Shown here: positions 18,217 to 29,152 of the stretch, piece by piece
Layout: each line of letters begins with the position of its first letter
Numbering within the stretch: the stretch's first letter is position 1
From: Candidatus Omnitrophota bacterium
GTDB lineage: Bacteria; Omnitrophota; Gorgyraeia; Gygaellales; Profunditerraquicolaceae
Assembly: GCA_050012075.1 (NCBI GenBank)
Contig: JBEKHW010000001.1
Coordinates: 4,766 to 68,765 of the forward strand
Direction of reading: 5' to 3'
DNA: 64,000 nucleotides
Translations under genes and position numbers: made by a program
The notes under the pieces: model-generated
The model's database searches: none
What the model saw: only the letters and a program-made list of their open reading frames with translations
What the model was told of the DNA's origin: nothing

Positions 18217-19722
18217 CTAAAAGCTTTCTATTTTATTCAGGGCATTTACATAGGCCCTGACCGATGATTCAATGATATCCGTGCTTGAGCCGCGCGCTGT
18301 GACCACCTTGCCCTTGGCTTTTAGTTTAAGACTTACTTCGCCGAGGGCGTCTTTTCCTTTGGTTACCGCTTCAATGCGGTAATCCTGCAGCTCGCACTTT
18401 GTGCCGGTGATTTTATCAATCGCCTTAAAACAGGCATCTACCGGCCCGTCTCCGGAAGATTTAGCCGACTGCAGTTTATTCTTGTATTTTAGATGTACGA
18501 CTGCTACAGGCGTAATCTTGGTACCGGAATTAATCTCGAAACTTTCCAGCTTCCAGACCGGTTTTACTACCTTGATTTCATCTTCTACTATGGAAATCAG
18601 GTCATCGTCAAAAATATTTTTCTTTTTATCGGCCAGCTCCTTAAAACGCCCGCTGACTTTCTCAAGCTGCTCGGTGTTCAGGATAAACCCGAGTTCCTTT
18701 AACCGCTCTCCTAAGGCGTGCCTACCCGAATGTTTGCCCAGAACAAGGCCTGTCCCCACAAAACCCACATCTTCCGGCTTTATGATTTCATAGGTAGAGC
18801 GCTCTTTCAGGACCCCATCCTGATGAATACCGGATTCATGACGAAAGGCATTTCCGCCTACGATTGCCTTGTTAGGAGCAACTACAAAACCCGTGAGTTT
18901 GCTGACCAGGCGCGATACTTTATATATCTGGTTGGTAGTTATATTTGTCTGTAGGCCTTTAAATATATCCTGGCGCGTCCTGATATTCATTACAATCTCT
19001 TCCATAGAGGCATTGCCGGCTCTTTCGCCGAGACCGTTAATGGTGCATTCTACCTGGCGCGCGCCGCTTCTGATTGCTTCCAGCGAATTCGCAACAGCCA
19101 TACCCAGGTCATTATGGCAGTGGGTGGAAATTACTGCCTTACCTATATTAGGGACGTTTTCCTTAATCCCGCGGATAAGGATTCCATATTCTTCCGGCTG
19201 GGTATAACCCACTGTATCGGGGATATTGATTGTGGTTGCACCCTCATTAATCACCGCTTCTATTATCCTGTACAAAAATTCCCTTTCGCTGCGGGTAGCG
19301 TCTTCTGGAGAAAATTCCACGTCGCCACAGGATTTCCTGGCATATCTTACGCTCTCAATTGCGAGGCGCATTATTTCATCCTCTGCTTTTTTGAGCTTAT
19401 ACTGCATATGGATTTTTGAAGTAGCAAGAAACACGTGTATGCGGCCGCGTTTCGCGAATTTTACACCTTCGGCTGCCGCGTCAATATCCGCTCTAATCGC
19501 GCGAGCAAGCCCGCAGATAACCGGGCCTTTAACAGCTTTGGCAATCTGTTTTACTGATTCCAAGTCTCCTGGGCTTGAAATAGGAAACCCTGCCTCAATC
19601 ACATCCACGCCCAATTCTGCCAGGGCATGGGCAATCTCCATCTTTTCAGCAGGATTGAGGCTCGCCCCCGGCGCCTGCTCCCCGTCTCTTAGTGTCGTAT
19701 CGAATATTATTATTTTATCCAT
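18217..19722 (-). CDS. leuA: 2-isopropylmalate synthase
   Basis: DTTLRDGEQ, HCHNDLG, GERAGN, HESGIHQDG and LGKHSG motifs; allosteric C-terminal domain. Confidence 0.95.
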   Translation of the reverse strand: MDKIIIFDTTLRDGEQAPGASLNPAEKMEIAHALAELGVDVIEAGFPISSPGDLESVKQIAKAVKGPVICGLARAIRADIDAAAEGVKFAKRGRIHVFLATSKIHMQYKLKKAEDEIMRLAIESVRYARKSCGDVEFSPEDATRSEREFLYRIIEAVINEGATTINIPDTVGYTQPEEYGILIRGIKENVPNIGKAVISTHCHNDLGMAVANSLEAIRSGARQVECTINGLGERAGNASMEEIVMNIRTRQDIFKGLQTNITTNQIYKVSRLVSKLTGFVVAPNKAIVGGNAFRHESGIHQDGVLKERSTYEIIKPEDVGFVGTGLVLGKHSGRHALGERLKELGFILNTEQLEKVSGRFKELADKKKNIFDDDLISIVEDEIKVVKPVWKLESFEINSGTKITPVAVVHLKYKNKLQSAKSSGDGPVDACFKAIDKITGTKCELQDYRIEAVTKGKDALGEVSLKLKAKGKVVTARGSSTDIIESSVRAYVNALNKIESF

Positions 19723-19723
19723 C

Positions 19724-19790
19724 TTAGTTCATGGTTCATGGTTCATGGTTGATAGTACTATGAACTATCCACTATGAACTATGAACTATT
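19724..19790. repeat. inverted heptamer tandem repeat (RGTTCAT)n...(ATGAACY)n; copies at 23264-23332, 25000-25063 and 39516-39599
   Basis: Read directly from the sequence. Confidence 0.85.
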
Positions 19791-19825
19791 TTTTCATCCA
19801 TTGTTACTTCTTCGTTGAAGGCATT

Positions 19826-19885
19826 ACTTTTCGGCAAGCCACTGGCGTTTTTGCCGAAAAGTACACCGAGCCATGCTCGGTGCTA
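19826..19885. repeat. two-hairpin family A element
   Basis: TACTTTTCGGCA-GCCACTGGCG-TGCCGAAAAGTA followed by CACCGAGC-CAT-GCTCGGTG. Confidence 0.8.
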
Positions 19886-19899
19886 TTACCCCTGGCCGC

Positions 19900-20895
19900 T
19901 TACGATTTTTTCATCCAGGGCATCATCTCTCGTAGCTCTCTCCCCACCTTCTCAATCAGATGATTATCCCCGTCAGCTAACAACTTATTGAAATTCGGCC
20001 TGCCTACTTCATTTTCCTTAATCCACTCGCGGGCAAACTTTCCTGATTTTATCTCCTTCAGCATTTTCTTCATTTCCTTGCGGGTCCTTTCCGTGATAAT
20101 ACGCGGGCCGCGGGAAAGGTCTCCGTAGCAGGCGGTATTAGAAACACCCCTGCGCATACCTGATATGCCTCTTTCCTGGATTAAATCAGTGATGAGTTTT
20201 AACTCATGCAGCACTTCAAAATAAGCTATCTCGGGCTGATACCTGGCTTCAATCAAAGTATCAAATCCGGCGGTAATCAATGCAGTCACCCCGCCGCAAA
20301 GCACTGCCTGCTCGCCGAAAAGGTCGGTTTCGGTCTCTTCTTCAAAAGTGGTCTCGATAACTCCGGCAGTGGTTGCCTTAATCCCCTTAGCGTAAGCGAG
20401 CGCTAACTGCTTTGCCTGGCCGCTTGCATCCTGATAAACCGCAATTAAAGAAGGCACGCCTTTTCCTTCTTCATACATACGCCTTACCAACGCGCCCGGG
20501 CCCTTTGGTGCTACCATAAACACATCCACATTCTTGGGCGGCTTTATCTGCTTAAAACGGATATTAAACCCGTGCGAAAAACAGAGGGCTTTTCCTTTTT
20601 TAAGATATGGCTTTATATTCTCCTTATAAACCTTTGCCTGGACATGGTCCTGGGTAAGAATCTGGATGATATCCGCTCCTTTTGCCGCCTCGGTAACGGT
20701 TACCGGGGTAAAACCATCCTTTTTTGCCTGTTCAAAATTCGGAGTTCCTTCCAATTCAGAAACTATAACCCGTAAGCCCGAATCCCTGAGGCATAATGAC
20801 TGGCCACGGCCCTGTATGCCGTATCCGATAATAGCGATTGTCTTATCTTTTAAATATGATAAATCCGCGTCCTTGTCGTAATAAATCTTTGCCAT
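19900..20895 (-). CDS. ilvC: ketol-acid reductoisomerase
   Basis: [22 protein letters not shown] and [14 protein letters not shown] motifs. Confidence 0.96.
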   Translation of the reverse strand: MAKIYYDKDADLSYLKDKTIAIIGYGIQGRGQSLCLRDSGLRVIVSELEGTPNFEQAKKDGFTPVTVTEAAKGADIIQILTQDHVQAKVYKENIKPYLKKGKALCFSHGFNIRFKQIKPPKNVDVFMVAPKGPGALVRRMYEEGKGVPSLIAVYQDASGQAKQLALAYAKGIKATTAGVIETTFEEETETDLFGEQAVLCGGVTALITAGFDTLIEARYQPEIAYFEVLHELKLITDLIQERGISGMRRGVSNTACYGDLSRGPRIITERTRKEMKKMLKEIKSGKFAREWIKENEVGRPNFNKLLADGDNHLIEKVGRELREMMPWMKKS

Positions 20896-20909
20896 TTCAT
20901 TCCTCCCCT

Positions 20910-20992
20910 TAAAATAAGCCATGCCACTGGCGTTGATTTTGGCGTGCCTTTGGCGTAAACGCCAAAATCACGCCGCGCTATGCGCGGCGCTA
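20910..20992. repeat. two-hairpin family A element
   Basis: TGATTTTGGCGT-GCCTTTGGCG-ACGCCAAAATCA followed by CGCCGCGC-TAT-GCGCGGCG. Confidence 0.8.
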
Positions 20993-21007
20993 GTCCACTG
21001 TTTTTAC

Positions 21008-21496
21008 TTACTCCGAGATAGCTAACCTTCCGCTTCTTACCATTTCCTTTACCCCGAACTGTTTCAATGCCTCTAACAACTGCTTAATCTGCACCTGGTC
21101 TCCTACTGCTTCAATAATCGCGGTATCACCTTTATGCTGAATGACCTTGCCGACGAACTTAGTAAGGGCGTGCTCAAGCTTTACCTTTTCCTTAGAGGTA
21201 TAATCTACTTTGACCAGGACAAGCTCCCGCTCCACGTGCGCCTTCTTGGTAAAATCAGTTACCGTGATGACGTCTATAAGTTTATTGAGCTGTTTCTTAA
21301 CCTGCTCAAGGACTTTCTCGTCTTCTGCCTCGACCACAATAGTCATATAGGAAATCTGCGGGTCAAGGGTCTCCGAAACCGCAAGGGAGGCAATATTGTA
21401 GCCGCGGGCGCTAAATAGCCCGGCAATGCGCGCCAGCACTCCAAACTTATTCTCTACCAAAACCGATATAGTATGTTTCATCTCTGTTGTCACCAT
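21008..21496 (-). CDS. ilvN: acetolactate synthase small subunit
   Basis: HTISVLVENKFGVLARIAGLFSARGYNI, KQLNKLIDV and ERELVLVKV motifs. Confidence 0.95.
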   Translation of the reverse strand: MVTTEMKHTISVLVENKFGVLARIAGLFSARGYNIASLAVSETLDPQISYMTIVVEAEDEKVLEQVKKQLNKLIDVITVTDFTKKAHVERELVLVKVDYTSKEKVKLEHALTKFVGKVIQHKGDTAIIEAVGDQVQIKQLLEALKQFGVKEMVRSGRLAISE

Positions 21497-21565
21497 GTCA
21501 CAAAGTCACAATGTCACAGGTAGAATCTTTACTTGTGACTTGGTGACCTTGTGTCTTTGTGACCC
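21497..21565. repeat. inverted octamer tandem repeat (GTCACAAN)n...(NTTGTGAC)n; second copy at 30953-31020
   Basis: Read directly from the sequence. Confidence 0.8.
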
Positions 21566-21585
21566 TTTCAAGATACGTTAATCAA

Positions 21586-23250
21586 TTACGCGAGGTTACT
21601 AATCATCTGGTTTATCGCTTCTCCGGCGGGAACCATCGGGAAAACATTCTCCTCCGGCTCAACGCGGAAATCGATAAACACGGTATTATCTATCTTGATC
21701 GCCTTTTCAATAGCGGGCCGCACTTCCTCTTTTTTTGTGACGTGTATGCCGACTGCGCCATAGCTATCCGCAAGCTTCACATAATCGGGGCCGGTTATGC
21801 AGACATGCGAATAGCGCCTCTTGTAAAAAAGCTCCTGCCACTGCCGCACCATCCCGAGATATCCGTTGTTAAGGATTGCTACTTTAACGTTTATTTTATT
21901 GCAAACGCAGGTGGCTAATTCCTGTATATTCATCTGTATTGAGCCGTCCCCTGCTATATCAAAAACTATTTTATCCGGGCAGCCGACTTTAGCGCCCATT
22001 GCCGCCGGAAAACCAAACCCCATTGTGCCTAATCCGCCTGATGAAATAAAGGTGCGCGGTTTAGTATATTTATACCACTGGGCAGCCCACATCTGGTTTT
22101 GCCCGACCTCTGTCGTGATAATCGCCTCACCCTTTGTGGCTTCGTCAATCTGCTCGATAACATACTGCGGCTTGATCATTTCGCCTTCTTTATAAGCCAG
22201 GGGATGTTTTTTCTTCCATTCATCCACCATCGTAAGCCAGACGGTAGTATCCGGGATTTCTTTTATCTCTCCGAGCAGTTCCCCTAAAACATTCTTGGCG
22301 TCTCCCACAATGGGTATATCAACCCTCACGTTCTTGCTGATTGAGGAAGGGTCAATATCTATATGGACGACTTTTGCGTAAGGCGCAAAGGCGTCAAGCC
22401 TGCCGGTTACGCGGTCATCAAAACGCGCGCCTATGGCAAGGATAAGGTCTGAACTCATAATCGCATGGTTAGCATAACCTGTCCCGTGCATACCAAGCAT
22501 CCCTAACGCAAGCGGGTGTGTCGCCGGAAAACCGCCTATACCCATTAGCGTCCAGGTTACCGGGGCATTTATCTTCTCTGCCAGCGCCCTTAATTCCTTG
22601 CTGCAGCCGGAAGTTATGATACCGCCACCTATGTAGAGCACCGGTTTCTTTGCCTGGGCAATTAATTTGGCTGTTTTCTTGATCTGCCCGGGATGGCCGA
22701 AAAATGTGGGCTTGTAACTGCGGATATCCACTTTTTCCGGCCAGACAAAATCCGTATCCTTTAATTGCACATCAGACGGGATATCTATAAGCACAGGTCC
22801 AGGCCTACCTGTCGAGGCAATATAAAATGCCTCGCGCACAACCCTAGCCAGCTCACTTACGTCTTTGACAAGGTAATTATGCTTGGTTATGGGACGAGTG
22901 ATTCCGGTAACATCTGCTTCCTGAAAAGCATCATTGCCGATTAAGAAACTTTTTACCTGCCCTGTAATGGCAACCATCGGTATTGAATCCATATAGGCAT
23001 TGGCTATGCCGGTAGTCAGATTCGTAGCACCAGGGCCTGAAGTAGCAAGACAAACCCCTACCTTTCCGGTTGCGCGAGCATATCCGTCGGCAGCATGGGC
23101 TGCGCCCTGTTCATGCCTCACAAGGATAAACTTTAAATCAGAATCATAAAGCTTATCGAATATGGGCAGCACCTGTCCGCCCGGATAGCCGAATATGACT
23201 TCCACGCCTTCGCGTTTTAAGGACTCTATTAATATCTGTGCGCCTGTCAT
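21586..23250 (-). CDS. ilvB: acetolactate synthase large subunit
   Basis: FGYPGG, RHEQGA, TSGPGATN, GARFDDRVTG, GDGS and LGMVRQWQ motifs. Confidence 0.96.
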   Translation of the reverse strand: MTGAQILIESLKREGVEVIFGYPGGQVLPIFDKLYDSDLKFILVRHEQGAAHAADGYARATGKVGVCLATSGPGATNLTTGIANAYMDSIPMVAITGQVKSFLIGNDAFQEADVTGITRPITKHNYLVKDVSELARVVREAFYIASTGRPGPVLIDIPSDVQLKDTDFVWPEKVDIRSYKPTFFGHPGQIKKTAKLIAQAKKPVLYIGGGIITSGCSKELRALAEKINAPVTWTLMGIGGFPATHPLALGMLGMHGTGYANHAIMSSDLILAIGARFDDRVTGRLDAFAPYAKVVHIDIDPSSISKNVRVDIPIVGDAKNVLGELLGEIKEIPDTTVWLTMVDEWKKKHPLAYKEGEMIKPQYVIEQIDEATKGEAIITTEVGQNQMWAAQWYKYTKPRTFISSGGLGTMGFGFPAAMGAKVGCPDKIVFDIAGDGSIQMNIQELATCVCNKINVKVAILNNGYLGMVRQWQELFYKRRYSHVCITGPDYVKLADSYGAVGIHVTKKEEVRPAIEKAIKIDNTVFIDFRVEPEENVFPMVPAGEAINQMISNLA

Positions 23251-23322
23251 GTTTTTTAGTTATTGGTTCATGGTTCATTGTTCATGGTGTAAAGCTCTAA
23301 ACCATGAACTATCCACTATGAA

Positions 23323-24978
23323 CTATGAACTAAGTATAGCTCCTTTGTCAGCTGAACTAACCAGTTTCGAATACCTGGCAAGGTATCCTGTCTTAATCTT
23401 TGGTGGCACCGGTTTCCAATTCTTAAACCTTCTCTGGATCTCGCTTGCGGATAATCTTACCTCTATTTTCCTGTTTGGGATATCGATACTGATTATATCA
23501 CCGTCGCGCAGTATTGCAATCGGCCCGCCGCTTGATGCCTCGGGAGAAATATGGCCGATGCACGGGCCCTTTGTCCCGCCTGAGAACCTGCCGTCGGTGA
23601 TTAATGCCACTGAATCCTGTAAACCCATACCCACGATTGCCGAAGTCGGGGCCAGCATTTCACGCATCCCCGGGCCCCCTGCGGGGCCTTCATAACGGAT
23701 AACTACCACATCCCCGGCCTTAACCTTTTTATTCAGTATGGCCTGCATGGCTTGCTCTTCGCGGTTAAATACGCGCGCCTTCCCAGTAAACTTCATCATC
23801 TTGGAGCTGACTGCTGCCTGTTTTACCACGGCCCCCTGCGGGGCAAGGTTACCATATAACACGGCAAGGCCGCCCTGCTTATGATATGCGCGGCTAAACG
23901 GACGGATAACTTCCTCGTCGGAAATTACAGCGTAAGAAGCGATATCATAAATTTTCTTTCCGCTTAAAGTCATGATATTATGGAGCTTGGCCTTTAACCG
24001 TTTAAGGACTGCGGGTATGCCGCCTGCGTATTCCAGGTCTTCCATGAAATACGGGCCTGCCGGTTCAAGGTTAGTGATATGCGGTGTGTTCTTGCTGATT
24101 TTATCAAAATCCTTAAGGTCAAGTTTTATTCCCGCCTCATGGGCGATACTCATAAGGTGTAGGACCGTATTACTTGAGCCGCCTAACGCCATATCCACGA
24201 CAATCGCGTTCTCAAGGGATTTCCTGGTAATAATATCCAGCGGTTTGATATTTTTCCTGGCTAACTCCACTATCCGCTCGCCGCTTGCTTCGGCAATGCG
24301 CCTTTTTCTGGCAGAGATTGCAAGGGCCGTAGCGCAGCCCGGCAAAGACATACCCATTGCCTCGGTAAGGCATGCCATGGTATTCGCGGTATATAACCCC
24401 TGGCAGGAGCCGGCACCGGGACATGCTTCCATCTCAAGGCAGACCAGTTCCTCCGGAGATATGTCTCCTTTTTTTGCGGCTGCTAATGCTTCATAAGTAT
24501 CGTGCACAAAAGCCAGTTTTCTTTTTTGATGGCGGCCGGAGAGCATCGGCCCGGCAGTAACGATAATTGCCGGGATATTCAGGCGCGCCGCACCCATAAG
24601 CATGCCGGGAGTGATTTTGTCGCAATTAGTCAAACAGATAATCCCGTCTAAGCTATGCGCGTTACAAACCGTCTCAATGGTATCGGCGACAATCTCGCGT
24701 AATCCCAGAGGATAACACATCCCCAGGTGGCCCATAGCAATCCCGTCGCAAATACCAGGAACACCGAAGAGAAACGGCACTCCACCCCCATAGCAGACCC
24801 CGCGCTCGATAAAGCGCTCAAGGTCACGCATCCCGATATGGCCCGGTATTAAATCAGTAAAGGAAGTAGCAACCCCGATAAAAGGCCGCCCTAAATCTTT
24901 CCTGCTTAAGCCCGTAGCATGCAACAGCGCCCGATGAGGAATTCTCTCGATGCCCTTCTTAATTTTGTCTGAACGCAT
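23323..24978 (-). CDS. ilvD: dihydroxy-acid dehydratase
   Basis: [34 protein letters not shown] and TDGRFSG motifs. Confidence 0.96.
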   Translation of the reverse strand: MRSDKIKKGIERIPHRALLHATGLSRKDLGRPFIGVATSFTDLIPGHIGMRDLERFIERGVCYGGGVPFLFGVPGICDGIAMGHLGMCYPLGLREIVADTIETVCNAHSLDGIICLTNCDKITPGMLMGAARLNIPAIIVTAGPMLSGRHQKRKLAFVHDTYEALAAAKKGDISPEELVCLEMEACPGAGSCQGLYTANTMACLTEAMGMSLPGCATALAISARKRRIAEASGERIVELARKNIKPLDIITRKSLENAIVVDMALGGSSNTVLHLMSIAHEAGIKLDLKDFDKISKNTPHITNLEPAGPYFMEDLEYAGGIPAVLKRLKAKLHNIMTLSGKKIYDIASYAVISDEEVIRPFSRAYHKQGGLAVLYGNLAPQGAVVKQAAVSSKMMKFTGKARVFNREEQAMQAILNKKVKAGDVVVIRYEGPAGGPGMREMLAPTSAIVGMGLQDSVALITDGRFSGGTKGPCIGHISPEASSGGPIAILRDGDIISIDIPNRKIEVRLSASEIQRRFKNWKPVPPKIKTGYLARYSKLVSSADKGAILSS

Positions 24979-25060
24979 ATGCTTCTCCCTTCGGTCGAAG
25001 TAGTTCATTGTTCATGGTTCATAGTTGTCCTACTATGAACCATCCACTATGAACTATGAA

Positions 25061-26386
25061 CTAATCTGCGCCTTCTCCGTCGTGCACAACTTCTTTACCT
25101 TCTTTACGTTTACGCACAATAACGCGCTTGAGAAGAATATTCTTATCAATGAGGTCACGGTTATTGATATTGCTTAGCTGCTTAAACAGGAAATCAAATT
25201 TATTTTCTATTTCGGCGGCAATCGCCTCCCGCACCTCTTTCGATAAACCCATGATTTCTTTCTTAAAAGGACCTAACGCTTTTTTGCGCGCCTTATACAA
25301 AAACTGGTCTTCGGTTTCCCCTTCTTTTTTCTCGGAAGCGGCGTTTACCTTAAGCCATTCATAGATCCTGTTTTTTAGGTCTGCAGGAAAATGCTTACTC
25401 TCATAAATCATATTCTGGAACTCTGTAGCCAGGTGCACCTCTGCGCAGTCGCATTCCGCGAATTTATGGAATGCCTCTGCGGGCAAGGTAGAAGCGCCAT
25501 GCTGTACCGCGCCTGAAAGCCCGTATTCCTTACGCGCGATCTCCGAAAGTGCCTTTAGAGTATTAAAATCCAGCTTAACCTGGGCGATGGAACCGTCAGG
25601 AAGGACGACCCCGCCGTGCGAAGTGCCTGTCTGCACGGAAATTTTACTTATGCCGATTAACCCTTTCCTTAATCTTTCTTTGTATCCGGCCATAAAAGCA
25701 CGCAGCTCTTCGGCAGTAGAATTCGCGTGGCCTACTTCACCTATTTCTCCTCCTACGGAAACCGTTACCCCGCGCGGCTCGACACGCCTGATAAACTGTG
25801 TAAGTTTTGCGCAGGCCTCATAATTATTCCTTTGTTGCTTTTTTACGTCGGGTTTGGATAAATCCACGAGCGTAGAAGAATCAATATCAATATTGTAAAA
25901 CCCGGCTGAAATCGCATCCGCAATCAAATCCTGCAATCCTTGCAGTTCTTTCTCCGGATTCTCCTGATACTTCTTGGCATTGACCTGGGTGTGGTCTGCC
26001 TGGATAAAAACAGGGCCCTGCCAATCTTCTTTTATCGCGGCTGCCAATATAACCGCAGAGTATTCAATAGGCGGCTGGGCAGTATAACCCATCTCTGATT
26101 TTGCAATCTCAAAGATAAATGCGCCGGAATTATTACGCTTGGCAACCTTAAAGAGAGCGCGCGCAAGGTCATAGGTCATACTTCTTAAATTGATTGCCGG
26201 GACTGTAAAGCCGCTGAATTCTCCCCTGCCGCGCGCCATATAAAAATCATGAATACTGGAAGGATAAATACCTTTTTTATAAGCTATCTCGCTTATCTTC
26301 TTGGCCAGCTTTTTCTTAAGCGGCATATCGTCACTCATTATCAGCTCAAAAACAATCTTCTCGATGTCCAAAGGATTCCTTCCCAT
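25061..26386 (-). CDS. class II fructose-bisphosphate aldolase family protein
   Basis: VPAIN, QADH, GGEIGEVG, GTSHGG and VQHGAS motifs; adjacent to pfkA. Confidence 0.85.
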   Translation of the reverse strand: MGRNPLDIEKIVFELIMSDDMPLKKKLAKKISEIAYKKGIYPSSIHDFYMARGRGEFSGFTVPAINLRSMTYDLARALFKVAKRNNSGAFIFEIAKSEMGYTAQPPIEYSAVILAAAIKEDWQGPVFIQADHTQVNAKKYQENPEKELQGLQDLIADAISAGFYNIDIDSSTLVDLSKPDVKKQQRNNYEACAKLTQFIRRVEPRGVTVSVGGEIGEVGHANSTAEELRAFMAGYKERLRKGLIGISKISVQTGTSHGGVVLPDGSIAQVKLDFNTLKALSEIARKEYGLSGAVQHGASTLPAEAFHKFAECDCAEVHLATEFQNMIYESKHFPADLKNRIYEWLKVNAASEKKEGETEDQFLYKARKKALGPFKKEIMGLSKEVREAIAAEIENKFDFLFKQLSNINNRDLIDKNILLKRVIVRKRKEGKEVVHDGEGAD

Positions 26387-26402
26387 TTTGATTCACTCCC
26401 TC

Positions 26403-27368
26403 TTAAGTTAATATTTTAATAAGATTATACGCGGTCTCCATCCCCCATGGTTTTTTCTTGATCGTCTCTTCCAAATCTATGCATATTATTTTGCTACTAT
26501 GAAACCCTACTGCCTTGTCAGACTCTCCGTCACGCAGGCGTATTACTGCTTCATATCCTAACCGAAGCGCCATATTCCGGCTTACTGCTGTCGGCCTTCC
26601 TCCTCTTTGTATATGGCCTAATACAACTGCGCGGGTATCAAGCGAGGTAACCTCGGTAATCTGGCGGGCAATCTTTTCTGCTTTCCCCGCGCCCTCAGCC
26701 ACCACAATAATCCAGCTTGCCTTTCCGCGGATATTACCGTCTACTATCCGGTGGCACATCTCCTGGCAGTCGAATTTTTTCTCCGGTATGATTACATCCT
26801 CGCAGCCATCTGCGAGTGCTACCATTAGCGCGATAAAACCTGATTCCCTGCCCATCACTTCCACTACAAAGATTCTCTCCATGCTCGTCGCGGTATCGCG
26901 GATATTATCTATTGCCATCAATGCCGTATTTATCGCGGTATCCACGCCGATAGTGGCGTCAAAGCCGTTGACATCGTTATCTATGGAAGCGGGTATCCCG
27001 ATACAGGGAACATTGTGTTTCTTATAGAATTCGTGCGCCGCGGTGAAGCTGCCGTTACCGCCGATAACGATTATCCCGTCGATATTATTCTTCTTTATGG
27101 TTTGAGCTGCCCTCTCCATGCCTTCCGGGGTAATGAATTCCGGGCAGCGCTGTGTCTTTAAGATGGTGCCGCCTTCATTGATAATACCGGAAACCGAACG
27201 GTGCGTCAGCGGCTTTAATTCCTCGTTAATCAGCCCCCACCATCCGCGGAAGACGCCGATTACGTCGATTTTGTTAGCGATAGCGGTGCGGACTACTGCC
27301 CTGATTGCCGCGTTCATACCCGGCGCATCTCCGCCCGTAGTCAAAACCGCAATTTTTTTTATCCCCAT
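26403..27368 (-). CDS. pfkA: ATP-dependent 6-phosphofructokinase
   Basis: TGGDAPGMNAAIRAVVR, GGNGS, SIDND, VEVMGR and LGHIQRGG motifs. Confidence 0.93.
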   Translation of the reverse strand: MGIKKIAVLTTGGDAPGMNAAIRAVVRTAIANKIDVIGVFRGWWGLINEELKPLTHRSVSGIINEGGTILKTQRCPEFITPEGMERAAQTIKKNNIDGIIVIGGNGSFTAAHEFYKKHNVPCIGIPASIDNDVNGFDATIGVDTAINTALMAIDNIRDTATSMERIFVVEVMGRESGFIALMVALADGCEDVIIPEKKFDCQEMCHRIVDGNIRGKASWIIVVAEGAGKAEKIARQITEVTSLDTRAVVLGHIQRGGRPTAVSRNMALRLGYEAVIRLRDGESDKAVGFHSSKIICIDLEETIKKKPWGMETAYNLIKILT

Positions 27369-27377
27369 TCTTCCTCC

Positions 27378-27454
27378 AGGGACGGTTCTCAACTCAAAGC
27401 TAGAACTGTCCCCCTTTTAGGGACACTTCTCCGATTAAATTGAGAACCGTCCCT
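27378..27454. repeat. REP-like nested inverted repeat (AGGGACGGTTCTCAA / TTGAGAACCGTCCCT)
   Basis: Perfect 15-bp outer IR plus inner AGAACTGTCCC / GGGACACTTCT pair. Confidence 0.8.
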
Positions 27455-27460
27455 AATTCG

Positions 27461-29152
27461 CTAAAGCCCTTCTATCTGTAAATCGCGAGGATGTTCAACA
27501 AGAAAAGTATAGGTTATCTCCTGCTTCTTCTGGGGCTGCAAGGCTAATTCCCAAAGCCAGACGCCTTTCCTGTCCTTCCAATCCTTTTGCGTCGGCTCAA
27601 CACTCACTTTATCTATCCTGACTTTAATCCTATCATCCTGGGAAACCGGCATTGCCTCAAATAATTTCACGTTAATCGCCTTTGACTTATAGTTTTCTAC
27701 CGTCAGTTTATATTTAAAGATAGTGCGCCTGTTAGGAGAAGGTATATTTCCGATAATGGTCTCATCAACTTTCTTTTCAATCAGCTCTCTCTTAACCTTG
27801 ACATTCTCATCCGCTCCTAAATAAAGGTCAAACTCCTCCTGGGGAGCTATATTATCTATGCTGGATATACCCACAAAGTCACCGTCTAAAAAGATATTCA
27901 CCCGTCCGGCAAGCAGCTGTAAATCCGGCGCATTCAACACCCTGCTTCCTAAATAAGCGTTAAGCAGCGCCTTTGGATATGTAGAATATTCGAAGCTCGC
28001 CTTCAGGGTCTGAGTGGAAATCGGGAATTTTTCCTCTGTCCCGTCTGATTTAACGCTCGCCTTTTGCGTAAGCTTATAGACCACGGCAATCCCTTTCTCC
28101 TGCGCATGGCTGTATACCGGCGCTTGAGGCATAACACCTTCACCGCCTACACCAGATACATCGGATTTCGTCTCTATACTATATGCTTCGTACTGGAGAA
28201 ACGCTCTTTTATTTCTCCCGAACACGCCTCTTTCTTTATCAAGCATCATAGGACGCGGCTGATAAATCTTTAGGAGCCACGATTCAACATAGGGCATCCT
28301 TCCGCCGACAGCCGGCTTTGCAGTAGAAAGGGAAATTTCCACATTCTGCCAATCCTCCCCTGTCCTCTGCCTGATTATTCCATAAGAAACAAGCTCTACC
28401 TGCGATTTCTCAAAATTGGCCCTGGCGTCATAAATCGGCTGCCACGTAGCGCCACCGACCAGGTATGATATTACTAAGTCGGTTGTTACGGTCTTCGCAG
28501 CCTCTACTTCTACTATTATAGAGCGTTGCATCTTCTGCCGCGGCCCGGATATATCGGCAAGTTCTTTTCTTAAGGCCTCAAGCTTCTTCTCCTGTTCCCT
28601 TATCTGCAATTCCGTATCCAGGGCCTGGCTGTAATTATCTTTAAGCCGCGTATCCATAAATTTTAAGGTATCATCCATATCCTTTACCGCCGGCATCTTG
28701 GTAACCAATTCCTTGGGTAGCTGCTCTTTAGAAAACATGCGTATGGAATCCAGGAATTCTTTTTCATTGGCAAGGACTTCTTTGAAATTCTGGAGCTTTT
28801 TTATTTCATCCTCTATCTTTTGTATCTGGTCCTGCAACTCTCTAACCTTTTCTGCCGGCTCTTTAGTCAAAAACTCTCTTTTAAGCCGCGCACCGAGTAT
28901 TTTTACCGAAGCCGTATTAGCGCAGGAGACCTTCAGCGAATTTTCGTCTATCTCGGGAATGATGTCTGAAAAAACAACTTCGTGCGCGCCTGCGCCTAAT
29001 TGAACGTTGGCGCTGCGGCTGACCAAGGCAGAGTCAGGATACACAGTAACTTCTTTAATAGAAGACGCGGGTGTTAATTGGTCGGCAAATGAGCTAGTAC
29101 CCGATAATACAAAAAAACCTGAAATTATAAGCGAAACCGCTCTATTCTTCAT
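27461..29152 (-). CDS. DUF4140/DUF4139 (MuiA-like) exported protein
   Basis: Signal peptide; VTVYPDSALV, WQPIYDAR, QRTGEDW, LSTAKP and LLAGRVNIFLDG motifs. Confidence 0.85.
   Translation of the reverse strand: MKNRAVSLIISGFFVLSGTSSFADQLTPASSIKEVTVYPDSALVSRSANVQLGAGAHEVVFSDIIPEIDENSLKVSCANTASVKILGARLKREFLTKEPAEKVRELQDQIQKIEDEIKKLQNFKEVLANEKEFLDSIRMFSKEQLPKELVTKMPAVKDMDDTLKFMDTRLKDNYSQALDTELQIREQEKKLEALRKELADISGPRQKMQRSIIVEVEAAKTVTTDLVISYLVGGATWQPIYDARANFEKSQVELVSYGIIRQRTGEDWQNVEISLSTAKPAVGGRMPYVESWLLKIYQPRPMMLDKERGVFGRNKRAFLQYEAYSIETKSDVSGVGGEGVMPQAPVYSHAQEKGIAVVYKLTQKASVKSDGTEEKFPISTQTLKASFEYSTYPKALLNAYLGSRVLNAPDLQLLAGRVNIFLDGDFVGISSIDNIAPQEEFDLYLGADENVKVKRELIEKKVDETIIGNIPSPNRRTIFKYKLTVENYKSKAINVKLFEAMPVSQDDRIKVRIDKVSVEPTQKDWKDRKGVWLWELALQPQKKQEITYTFLVEHPRDLQIEGL

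Noticed and set aside
24979-25063. Attenuator or T-box upstream of the ilv/leu operon
   Set aside because: The interval is a heptamer repeat also found at unrelated loci; no T-box motif or Leu/Ile/Val-rich leader peptide.
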